Below, piece after piece: positions 22,201 through 33,775 of a DNA stretch of 53,824 nucleotides. The position numbers were made by a program, and so were the translations under genes. The notes under the pieces are model-generated. The model saw only the letters and a program-made list of their open reading frames with translations. It did not search any database and was not told where the DNA came from. Origin of the DNA: Vitrella brassicaformis CCMP3155 (Eukaryota > Protista > Chromerida); the NCBI GenBank assembly GCA_001179505.1, contig CDMY01000546.1:1-53824 (forward strand), written 5' to 3'. How positions within the stretch are numbered: position 1 is the stretch's first letter; each line of letters starts with the position of its first letter.

Positions 22201-24093
22201 TCCTTCTCGGCCACTCCATTGCCGGACTTGCCGTCAATCACGTCTGTCTTGGGTGGGACGGGTGGCACAGTGGCGTCTGAGGAAATAAACAGAGCTGTTC
22301 CTGTCCGTGTGTGTGTTTGTGTGTGTGTGTGTGTTCGGATCTTACCAGTCTTTGCAGGCGATTTGCCGTTCTGTTGTGTCTTGTTCTTGTTGGCCGCTGC
22401 GGCCTGCTGGTCCGACGCCGCCGACAAGGGAGGGGTCGCCAAACCCTTGCTGTTGGGCGACTCGCTACCCGGCTCCTCCGTGGACGGCTCCTCCTTGGGG
22501 CCCTCGCCGTCGCCGACATTCTCCTTTTCACCGTCTCCCTTCTCGCCCCCTGCAGCTGCAGCAGCAGCAGCGGCCGCCCTTGCGGCAGCATTCTGCTCCT
22601 GCCTCGCACGTTGGAACATCGAGCCCTTTTGCTTCGGTGGAATCTTGGGCTTCGCCGCCTTGGCGCCCTTCTTGCCCTTGCCAGTGGCTTGGGTGCTGGA
22701 GGTCTTGGGGGGAGCTGCCGGGCGTGAAGGCGCTGCTGTGCGATTGGGAGAGGGTGAGCGGCTGGATGATGCGTTGTCCGATGAGGGTGGTGGTTTGGAT
22801 GGAGGGGGAGGGGGAGGAGGGCGAGATGGCATGGAGGACGCTGGGGCCGGCTGGGAGGGACGGACTGTCGGAGACGCTGAAGAACACAAAGGCAGATGAA
22901 TAGAGGGGTGGGTACGACACTCAGCAAGCCAAGGGGGTGTTTTGGTATGTCTACTGTGTGTGTGTTTGCGCACCAGAGTCTGACGAGTCCTCGCTGCGAT
23001 AAGAGGCCTCATGGGCACCACCGCCACCACGGCGGCCGCCGAACAAACCACTGAAGAACCCGGAGCCTCCAGCTCCTCCATCACGACCAACACCAGCTCC
23101 TCCATCACGACCAACATTATGACGCTGGACGACAGAAAAGGACAAAAAGAGAGACCACACAAACAGGGGAACAGAGTGAGAGTGATGGATGTGTTGTGTG
23201 TGTGTCTGTGGGACTCAGGGTGGCTGTGTCAGTGAGTGGGCATACCCGCGCGCGCGCCCTCTCCTTGCGCTCCTCCTTGCGCTCCCGCCGCTCCTGAGCC
23301 CGCCGCTCACGGCGAGTCGGGCCACCGCCACCGCCACCGCCACCGAAGCCGAACGACCGGCCGCCACCGAAACCGCCACTGGCACCGAAACCACCACCGA
23401 AACCGAACGACCGGCCGCCACCGTCTGGCGGGAAGATGATGTTACCGTCCTGCACGATAGCAACCAACACACACAGGGCATCAGTGCACTCATGCGGGTG
23501 ATTCGTGTGGGTGTGTGGCGCACCTCGTCGTAGACCGTTACACCGCCAGGGAAGGTGGCAAAGATGTGGTCAAACATGTCCTGAGAACACCCAGTACACA
23601 CACAATTACGCTCCCTTCATCCATTGTATGTGTGTCGTGTCTGTGTGTTGCTGCTGGCTGTTGCTATTGCTGTGTTGACTGTTGCTGTGGTGTTGCCCCC
23701 TGACCGTACCGTGTAGTAGTCGGCATCCTCCTCCATCTCGTCTTCCGAGGCGATTTCGCCCGTGTCGTCGTAGTGGGCCCGCTTGCGCGGGTCTGACAGC
23801 ACCTCATACGCCGCACCCAACGCCTGGAACTTGGAAGTGGCGTCAGGGTCTTCTTGGTTCTTGTCAGGATGAACGCGCTGCATGCCATGGACAGAAGGAA
23901 GGCACACACACGTGAACGAAGGCATGCAGGGGCGAGTGCGTCAAGGAGGTCCCCAGGCCCTCATGCCCTTTTTTGTGCCGTCAGGGCTTACCCGTGCTTC
24001 TCGGTGATATGCCTTCTTGAGTTGGGCTTCGGTTGCGTCGGGCTGCACCCCGAGGCGCTCATAGAGGCCCTTGGGGTCCGACTCGGACATCAT
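19266..24093 (-). CDS. J-domain (DnaJ/Hsp40) protein with G/F region, very long disordered region and a UIM
   Basis: [34 protein letters not shown]|[37 protein letters not shown] (J domain with HPD); [12 protein letters not shown] repeats; in-frame splice into ORF 20688-23162; [23 protein letters not shown]; Pro/Gln-rich C-terminal exons ending ..[14 protein letters not shown]. Confidence 0.85.
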
Positions 24094-24632
24094 GATGACC
24101 CAATGGTGACTTGGGAGGCCGAGCGATGCGACAACCGACTAATGGTCGACACGTCAACACACAAATTCGCTGAACGGGTCCGGGAAGGTCAACATGCGGC
24201 TGCCAGGTGGAGGTAGGAATCTCGTGACGGTAGGAATTCCTACGATCGGTGCCGTCTCACCAAGACCTCTCTCAACAGAAACACAGAGGACCCGTTGGAC
24301 TCCTAGGCTCTCCGCACGCAATTCGAAGCCGGTGTTAACGAGCTCGGCCCCCAGTCCACTTGACGAGCAATCCCTGCTCTAAGCTATTTTTCGGCGGACT
24401 CCCTCCAAACTGCCGTCGCGATTTGCACATGCATGGCATGTTTCATAACCATCCACAGCACATGCAGCTAGAAGAGGTGAGAGCATTGAGGGGAGAAACC
24501 ATTGGATTGAGTCAGACAGTCAGTCAGTCAGTCCACTCGTTCACAAGTGTGGCAACGCAGCGCATGATGCATCCATCGACTCCCTCCATGAGATGATGAG
24601 ATGGCCCGGCGTCCGTCCGTTCTCTCAAGCAG

Positions 24633-27536
24633 TCATCCATCGCTCCCATCGGGCTCCCGAGGGAGGAGCGGCCGATCCATCCAGTCGGCCACCTCCTGCG
24701 GCAAGGACGACGACGGGCCAGGTCCATCACCATCACCATCACCACCACCACCCGCCACAGCCCAGTCCCCTGCCGATTCTGAAGCAGATGATGCCGCTCC
24801 CTCTCCCCCTCCCGCAGCTGCAGCACCACCACCACCACCAGCAACACCAGCACCAGCACCACGGGTTGATGGCTGCCGCGCCCCAGGCCCCACAAACAAG
24901 GCGCGCCACCACGGCCTTGTGGGAGGCTGTTGTGTGGGTTGTGTGGCGTTGGTTGTGCTGCCGTCGGATGGACTGCTGTTGCTGCTGCTGGAGGGTGGTG
25001 CGGGAGGGCGGGTGGTGCGGCCACTGCGGCCGCGGGGGGGCGGGGCTGCGCCGACGGCTGAGCGGAGGTCGGTCTTGCACAAGGGGCACTCGAAGGAACG
25101 CTGCAGCCTGCAGACAGACACAACCGCACCAAGGCGAGACGGAGAGCGTGTGTGTGTGTGTGTGTGTGTTCCTTCCTGCGTGTGTCGTGATGTGATGTGT
25201 GATGGGTTTGGCTTGCTTGTACCACTCGTCGATGCACTGTCTGTGGAAGTATTGGTTGCAGCACGGCAACTTACGAAGCCAATCTGGTGGAACACACACA
25301 ACAAGCACACCGACCGGTCAGACCCACAGACAGACAGACAGACAGACAGACAAGGTGAACGGATGGATGGCTGACGCTGTAGTGTGGTCCAAGTGTGTGC
25401 CGCGCGGTGCGGTGTGTGTACCTCCAGGTTCTAGGTCTCCCAGGCAGATCATGCACTTGGTGTCGGACCCGATGCTGCTCCCGCTGCCGCTCGCACTCCG
25501 GGACGGCGATGCACGCGCGCCGAGACTCTCATACCCACCCCCACCACCATCCCCACCAGCTGCTGCCGCCGGACGGGTGGTGTCTGCAGCCAGCACCATG
25601 CAAACCATGCATAAGGATTCCACACAGAACAGAGTGTAGGTGTGTGTGTCGGACCTTTCATCTGAGTGAGCGGCAGTTTGTTGAGCTGTGCCTCCGTCAT
25701 GCCGCGGGGCCGCCTGCCGGGGGCCAACCCGCTCGCAGTCAAGATGCGCTGATATAATGGACGAAGCAAACCGTCATTGATCACCCACATTAGATCTATC
25801 TTGCGGCCTGCCTGCCTGTCTCTCCGTGTGTGTGTGTGTGAGTGTCTGCGACATACCTCTACGTCGGATTGGCTGAGGTCCGTGTTGTTGAGGACGTAAA
25901 GCTGCAGCGGGGGCGGCAGGTGGCTGATGGTGGCTGCACAAAGAGAGAGAGAGAGAGAGAGGCGCACCGCACACAAGAGGTACACCACCTCACTGTGTGA
26001 GTGTCTGTCTGTCTGTCTGTGTGCGTCCTCACATACCGAGCACTTCTCGTGGCAGCAGGTTGCGGATGGTGGGGGCAAGAGCTGCATTCACACACGCGCA
26101 CACGCACACACACACACACACACACGTGAGACGAGACCAGGCCACGGAACGGCCAAACACAGCGAGGCAGCTGTGTGTGTGCTTGTGCTTACTTCCAGAG
26201 CAATGCACTGTGGTTTCAGGTCCAACCCGAAGGAAGGCGTCAGGCTCTGCGATGACCAGCCGGAACTGCACACCCTGGTAGGTGAAGATGTCGCCCACAC
26301 GGAAACGCTGCACACGCAGAGAGAGAGAGAGAGAGAGAGAGGAGGAGATGAGATGAGATGACTGTGTGCAGTGAGAGGGCCTATCTATGTGTGGTGTGCA
26401 TATTCTGTCTTGACAAGACAAGACGTGCCCACCTTGAGGGGGTTGGTCTGCAGGTAAGGCCTCAGGTAGTCGTCCCACAGGTTGAAGCCATACGTGCGGG
26501 CCGTCGGCAACGTGTCGGAGAACGGCACAAAGTGAACCTGATAAGTGGATGGATGGATGGATGGACACGGGAAGGAACCGCAGGGAGGGAGGTGTCTGTC
26601 TGTCTGTGTCCGTTGTGTCCATGTTCTGTGTGCTGCTGCTGCTCTGTCTGTGCGAGGTGGAAAGAATTCACCGACCCTGTTGAATTCTCCCGCGCCATCC
26701 CAGTTGGCGTGGACGAGTGTGGTCTTGACGACCAAACCCATGCGGTTGTTGGGCCGCGTCGCTGCAGGCACCACACCACACGCCACACACATCCATCCAT
26801 CCATCCCTTCGCCAAGCCACACGTGTGACCAGTGTGGCCCGACCGACCTGAGCACACGACGTTGACCCCGTCGCAGTCGTATTTCCTGTTAGGCATGGCC
26901 ACCAGGAAGGGATTCGACTCGATGAAGGGCTTCACATACAACAGCCACAAATCCTGGTGGACACACAACACAACCAACACAACACAACACATGTCCATAA
27001 GCTATGCTGTGTGGATGGATGGATGGATCCCAGCCCACATACCTCATCTGAGCAGACTTGTTCGGCGTCGGGGTCCTTGGTCGTGGCGGCAAACTGGACA
27101 CGCTCCAGCTCTATCAACGGAGGACCCTCAGTGAACACATGAGTCTGACACACACAACACACAACACACAACCACACACACAGCCACACAATCCATCCAT
27201 CCATCCATCCATCCATCCATCGAGAGCCTTTCTGCATGTCTGTGGCACATCCGCCAGACCCACCTGTGAGTTGACCATCCCCTCATCAGGCTCCGCCTCA
27301 ATCACGACGAAATCCCTCCGGCACTGCGTGGTGATCTTGGTCCACCGCCTGACATGTGGGTTGGCCCGGAGGTGACTCATCACCGCCTCCCTCTCGCTCG
27401 CATCCGCCTCGGCGATGTCATTGACGTCAGACCGCAGAGGCAGGATGTGCACCTTCGATACCCACCTGTCGTCACCGCCTCCATTGGTGTGTGCTGGGAA
27501 AAGCGGCTCGTCGGGAGGCGCCGAAGCGTCTGCCAT
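24633..27536 (-). CDS. RING-H2-type E3 ligase with three tandem Cdc48/p97 N-domain subdomain-2-like repeats
   Basis: The third repeat HFVPFSDTLPTARTYGFNLWDDYLRPYLQTNPLK|RFRVGDIFTYQGVQFRLVIAEPDAFLRVGPETTVHCSG aligns by eye to p97 HVLPIDDT..NLFEVYLKPYF..RKGDIF..VEFKVVETDP..VAPDTVIHCEG. Two more degenerate copies lie upstream. RING: CMICLGDLEPG|DWLRKLPCCNQYFHRQCIDEW|LQRSFECPLC. Confidence 0.85.
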
Positions 27537-27564
27537 CGTCAGCCTTTGCGGTTTTTTCCTGAGC

Positions 27565-27595
27565 TGCGAGCTTTTATGCGAGCTTGATGCGAGTC
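27565..27595 (+). promoter_or_regulatory. Triplicated TGCGAGCT motif in the divergent spacer RING/UBA3
   Basis: Exact copies at 27565-27572 and 27577-27584, and a near copy TGCGAGTC at 27588-27595. Confidence 0.55.
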
Positions 27596-27630
27596 GACTG
27601 TCGCCTGTTGCTTGTGCTTGATCCGTTTCT

Positions 27631-27654
27631 TCATTCATTCATTCATTCATTCAT
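27631..27654. repeat. (TCAT)6 microsatellite in the RING/UBA3 spacer
   Basis: tcattcattcattcattcattcat seen directly. Confidence 0.95.
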
Positions 27655-27699
27655 CGCCTCGCTGGGTCACTGGAGATCAAGAAGTGATCAAGTTTCAAG

Positions 27700-29947
27700 A
27701 TGGTGGGTGACGGCGATGTGGTGATGAGTGACGGTGCGGACCGGCATAAGCACCTGTGCAAGGTGCTCTACCGCAAGAGCCCCTTCGCCGACGAAGACTG
27801 CTTCCAACCTGGAGAGGAGGTCAGTCAGATCTCACACGCAGACACAGCGACAGATCGGCATCGGCATGCAGTGCACGGCTGTATATATTCTGTCTGTCGT
27901 GTGGACCAGACCCGCAAGTATCTGCAGGAAGAGTGCAAAGTGCTCGTCATCGGAGCGGGCGGGCTCGGTGAGTGAGTGGGGGGATGGGTGGGTGATCCCC
28001 TTTGTTTGTTTGCGTGGTACGTCTTAAGCTGACGCGTGTGTGTGTGCTCTGTGTGTCTGCGTGTCTGACTTCAGGCTGTGAGATTCTCAAAGATTTGGCG
28101 CTGAGTGGCTTCCGCGACATTCACGTCATCGACATGGACACCATCGACATCACTAACCTCAACAGACAGTTCCTCTTCAGGCAAACAAAACACACACACA
28201 CACACACAGATTGGGCCGTCGGACCCCATGGTTGTGTGTGTGATGTGATGTGATGTGATGGGTTGTGGTGTGGTGTGTTTAGGAGTCGGGATGTGGGTCG
28301 TCCGAAGGCTGACGTGGCGGCCGACTTCATCAACAGGCGGTGCGGCCACATGGGCGTCAACGTCACGCCACACAACTGCAAAATACAGGACTACGCTGAG
28401 GACTTCTACTCACAGGTACCGTCACGCCACCGACACTCGTCCATCAGTAGAGGTGCATGGGTGTGAGTGGTCTGGGCGTGTGTGTGTGTGTGTTGTCTGG
28501 TGGGTGGGTCAGTTCAACGTGATAATAGCCGGTCTGGACAACATCACTGCTCGTCGGTGGATCAACTCGCTCCTTCACACAATGGTCGAATTCGACGAAG
28601 ATGAAAACCCTGATGGATCGACCATCAAGGTAGGTACCCACACACACACCTGCACTGCACACACGACTGCACACACGACTGCACAGTGACTCTCTCTCTC
28701 TCTCTCTGTGTATGTGTGTGTGTCTGTCTGTGTGTCGGCCAGCCTCTGTTGGATGGCGGCACTGAGGGTCTGAAGGGCCAGAGCCGTGTCATCATCCCCT
28801 ATATGACGTCATGCTTCGACTGCTCACTCGACTCATTCCCGCCACAGGCAATGAATGCACCACACACAGAGACAGAGGGAGAGACAGAGAGAGAGACAGG
28901 GAGAGAGAGAGAAAGAGGGATTCTTTTGACACGTGTGTGTGAATGTGTGTGCTGTGTATTGTGTGCTGAAGGTGAATTATCCCATGTGTACCATTGCCGA
29001 GACGCCCCGTCTGCCGGAGCACTGCATCGAGTACGTCCTCGTCGTCGAGTGGGACAAACACTTCCCTAACAGGAAACTGGTGCTCACCTCTACACAACAA
29101 ATCAAACCAAACCAAACCACCACATGCACACCGCATGGCGATCATGTGTGTGTGTGTGTGCGTGAGTGTGTGTGTAGAATACCGATTCCCCTCAGGACAT
29201 GAAGTGGATCTTCGACCAGGCTAAGGAGCGGGCCGACACGTTCGGCATCCGCGGCGTCACATACTCTCTCACCATGGGAGTCGTCAAGGTGGGTGCGCCA
29301 ACACACACAGGAGCCAACACACACACACACACACAGACGTGAAGCGAACCTCTTTGTGTGTGTCTGTGTGCAGCGGATCATTCCAGCGGTGGCCTCGACC
29401 AACGCACTTATCGCTGCGTCACTCGTCAATGAGGTAGCCACACCACACCACACCACACCATACCCAGCTGACTACTCCGCTCACTCACACGCCAGTCGTG
29501 TGGTGTGGTCAGGCGCTGAAGATCTCCACGTACTGCGGTCCGGTGCTGAACACTTACATGATGTACATGGGCAACGAGGGCGTCTACATACACACATTCG
29601 AATATGAAAAGAAAGACGTACGGACGGGCGAACGAATGCACCGCACGACGGGCGGGGCGGACGTCACCAGACCACACCACTCCCAAGGGGCTGGGCTACA
29701 CACACACATACACACACACACACACACAGACAGAGACACAAACAGTGGCTGTGCTGTGCTGTGCTGTCTGTCTGTGTGTGTCAGGACTGTTTGGTGTGTT
29801 CGGGTACGATCCGCAACCTGTCCATGCCCGCCGCCACCTCACTACAGGGACTCATCGACAGGTCGGTATGTCGGGATGGACTCACTGACTGATTGTGCAC
29901 ACACACATGCCCATGCACACCACACCCCCGGCAAGGGGCTAGCATCT

Positions 29948-29997
<50 letters not shown>

Positions 29998-30418
29998 TGC
30001 CGACAATCAGTCTGTGTGCGGATCCGTCGCTGAAGCTGCAGAGACCTTCCATCACTTCCGACAAAGTGAGTGCGCTTAGACACCTGGCCACCCGCCCCCC
30101 GGCAGCACCAGGCGGCACAGCGCTGTGTTGAATTGAATGTGATTGTGGTGTTTTCAGGCTGTGGTGTTCATGTCGAGCCCGCTGCTGCGCAAGGACCACG
30201 AGTACAAACTGCCCATGACGCTGCGGTCAGTCAGTTGTCAGACACACCACCTCGCTGCACTGCAACACCATTCCATCATGGTGCTCTGTTGTGAGTTGTG
30301 AGTTGTGGGTGTGTGCAGGCAGCTGGTGGATGAGGGTGTGCTTGGCGAGAATGAGGTGCTCATCGTCACCGACCCGATCATACCCTCCAAACTCAAAATC
30401 AGAATCGCTCTCACTTAG
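27700..30418 (+). CDS. UBA3: NEDD8-activating enzyme E1 catalytic subunit, about 14 exons
   Basis: [11 protein letters not shown]|[35 protein letters not shown]; [12 protein letters not shown]; [19 protein letters not shown]; catalytic Cys in [19 protein letters not shown]; [15 protein letters not shown]; C-terminal E2-binding domain ..LKLQRPSIT. Confidence 0.97.
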
Positions 30419-30813
30419 AGACACAGACAGACAGACAGAGAGACAGACGGCGGACGGTGTGTGTGTGTGTGTGCGTGCGTGTAGAGCGTTTATCGGTCAT
30501 GTATCTAGCTAGCCTAGCATCATGGGGGGGATGATTTGGACCCCTCTGTGTGTGTGGTGTGGGTATTATCATCATGATTGATCGGCTGGCTACTGAGTCG
30601 TCCATCCATCCGTCCATCCTTCATCCATCTGCTTGAAAGTCCGCCATCTGCTGCACTCACTGCATGCGCCATCAACACGCACACACATACACACACCGGT
30701 TCTCGCAGCTCACACGTCAAGAGAGTAGTCAGTCGAAGGAGTCAGTCAGTCAGTCAGGCAGACAGGCAGCCGTTCGTCTACACACCTTCTCAAGCTCCAC
30801 GAAGCAGTCAGCG

Positions 30814-30841
30814 GCATAGCATAGCGTAGCATAGCGTAGCA
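30814..30841. repeat. (GCRTA)n pentamer repeat in the UBA3/USP convergent intergenic region
   Basis: gcatagcatagcgtagcatagcgtagca seen directly. Confidence 0.9.
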
Positions 30842-31287
30842 CCGGTCATTCCATTCAGGCAGCCTGTTGTTTGGCTGCGCGTGAAGTGAACTTACTTGCC
30901 ACCCATCCCCTCCCGCGCCCCCACCCACCACACGGCGTGTCCCATCATCTTGCCTTGCCCAGCCCAAACTGTGTGTGTGTGCTGGTCTGTCGAGTCGATA
31001 GCGTCGGCTGGTAGAGATGTGATGAGCCAGGCAGGAAGGAAGAAAGGCAGCCAGGCAGCCAGGCGGCGGCGTACGCACGAGTCTGTATAGCTTATGTAAG
31101 TATCTACAATCCCACCGGTGCTCTGCTCTCCTTCTACCCTCCCCTGCCCTCCCCCCGATTAAACTCACAAATGAGTCAGTCGACCAATGCAATCAGACAC
31201 GCACACACAGGCACACTGACAGGGAAGCAGGCAAACAGGCAGACAGGAAAAGAGAGAGAGAGAGAGAGAGACCTGACTTCCATCAAT

Positions 31288-31320
<33 letters not shown>

Positions 31321-31870
31321 AGAGAGAGAAGCGGCAGGGAGGGAGGGAGCGGGCTGGAGGCAGGGAGGGTGACGCAGCGCAGCCCCGCTCGTCTGATCTG
31401 ACCACGCCACGTCACGTCGGCCCGGCCATGCCGTCCACCACAGCTCACTCAAGCACTCAAACTCTCTCAGCTAGCTAGTCTCAGCAGCACGCCTTGCCTT
31501 GGCCCTTTCCCATCCCATCTGTCTGCCGATCCTCTCTCGTCAGTCAATCATTGTGTGTCAGTCATTGTGTATCATTGTATTACAATCTGTATGGCCGCTA
31601 GCTACTGGCCTGGCAGGCTGCCATCAGGCAGCCCGACCAAACCGATCAACCAACCGCTCCAAAGGGTCGAGAGAGACGAGACAGCAAAACCGCCGCCCGC
31701 CCGCCCGCCCGCCCGCCCGCCCAAATCGCCAAGTCTACGCTAACTCAGTGGTCGACAACCATGCAGTCAGTGAGTCGCTCAGTCACTTGCCCCTCCCCCT
31801 CCCCCTCCCCCCCGCCCTGCGTGAGTGTGTGTGGCTAACCTAACTGAGGTGTGTGTGTGTGTGTGCTAGA

Positions 31871-33741
31871 TTAGATGGGTGTGGGTGCGACGTCGACTAT
31901 GGTCCTGGTGGTATCGACGTAGGTGAGCAGGAGGGCCCCCGCGTGGTTCAGGACCTCGCACTCGCGCTTCTCGGATATCATGCGGTCGTCACAGCTGATC
32001 CTAAACACACACACACACCACCACACAGCCCGCATTACGCCCAATCGACCCACCCACCCCAGGCATCCGCCCGTCCTCTCACCATTTGTCGTGGCCGCGT
32101 CTGACGAATGCGCTGAAGTGCCCCACGTGGGCCTCCTCGCCGTGGTGGACCACCACCGACACGAGCTGGTAGCTGGGGGGCGGGGCCGGGGCGTTGTCAG
32201 GCTCGGCGAGGTGGGGGTGCGCCGCGCGCCAACGGGAGTACTCCTCCCACTTGTGACGCTCCTCATACCGCCACCTACACACACACACACACACACACAC
32301 GTATAGCCGCGCATGGTGGGGATGGTTGTGCTGGCTGGTCCGGCAGGCAGTGGCAGTGGCAGTGGGTCGGACCAGTCGAAGTTGAATTGGAGTTCTCGGC
32401 CGTACTCGATGACCTTGCCCGTCTTGATAGCCTGGAGCGCACCAAAACCCGTGCGCTTCAAGCTCAACACCAGGATCTGACAGACAGACACCCACCCCAC
32501 ACAAGCAGAGAGAGAAACGACACACATCACACATCACCTACTCTGCCTGTGTGGTGTGGCGTGTTGGCTGTCTGTCTGCGTCGGTTGCCTACGGGGGGCC
32601 AGGTCTCGACGAAGAGTTTGTGATAGATGTGCCGGTGCTTGGGGTCGGCGCGCAGGACCTCCTCCTCGTCGCGGTCCACCATGGTGCAGCAGATGGCGTC
32701 CCTGCAGGTGACGTGAGGCACAGGTGGTCAGTGGGATAATGGGTCTGTGTGCGTCTGTGAGCGTCTGTGTGTGTCTGTGTGTGTGTGTGTCTGTGCGGCT
32801 TGCGTACTCGATGGTTCTGATTGTGGTGTCGGTGATGGCGAGGTCGAGTGTCCAGAAGGCCTCGGGCTTCCACGTCAACTTGCTCTTGTCTGATGAATGG
32901 AGAGGGGTCAAGGCACACACACACACACAGACACAGACACACAGACACAAGTGGAGTGGCCAAACGAACGAACGAACGATTCTTGTGTCGGCGGATCGGT
33001 CGCTCGTTCACTCACTCACTCACCGTTGTCAGACTGCACGACCCGCGACACCACGCCGGCAAACAGCTTGCTGATGGGGGATGAGTTGATGTCCTGCAGA
33101 GTGTCGTTGCTGCACACACACACACACACACACACAGGCATGCACATGCACACCCCTGCCGATGCGCAGCTTGTCAAGGTGGTGTGTCTACGCGTGGTTG
33201 GCGGCTGGTGGATCGGTGGAAGACGACGACGGCTTGGATGGCTGTGGGGGCGGTGGCGACTGGGACGAGAGCCGCCCGAGGCTCTGACAATACAATCCAA
33301 TACAATCCAATGCACCACCAAGCGAGATATGCACTCACTCACGCACCCCTCGGCGGTAGATGCTCTCTTTGTGGAGGTTGTTGAGTAGGTCGAGAAGAAA
33401 CTCCTGAGGGTCAGACTGCACACCACCGAAGGCATGACCAGCTGCACACACCACACCACACCACACCACATCACATCATCTGACCTGACTGACACAGATG
33501 TGTTTGTTGTGTGCAGTGCAGTCATCTGACTGATCTGTGTGTGCAGGTGAGTGAGGTGACCTCTGCCACGGTGGTCGGGGTGGCTCTGGCTCTGGCTGTT
33601 CTCGAACTCCTTGATGACAGTCTCGAAGAAGGCCGAGGCGTAGAGGGCCGGGAGGGCGGTGTCCTCGCCAGCCAGCGACCCCTTCTCGGGACCCTTGTCG
33701 CTCAAACTCTCGGTATAAGCCACTTGCACATCTGTCAAACA

Positions 33742-33775
<34 letters not shown>

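Noticed and set aside
21430-22899. 489-aa plus-strand ORF
   Set aside because: Antisense shadow of the low-complexity exon of the J-domain/UIM gene.
24230-24243. Heat-shock element reading of GGAATTCC upstream of the J-domain gene
   Set aside because: An HSE needs nGAAnnTTCn spacing with three or more units; here GAA and TTC are adjacent. Kept only as an unexplained palindrome.
31835-31844. ctaacctaac as a telomeric repeat
   Set aside because: Only two degenerate units in an internal location; more like branch-point or background sequence.
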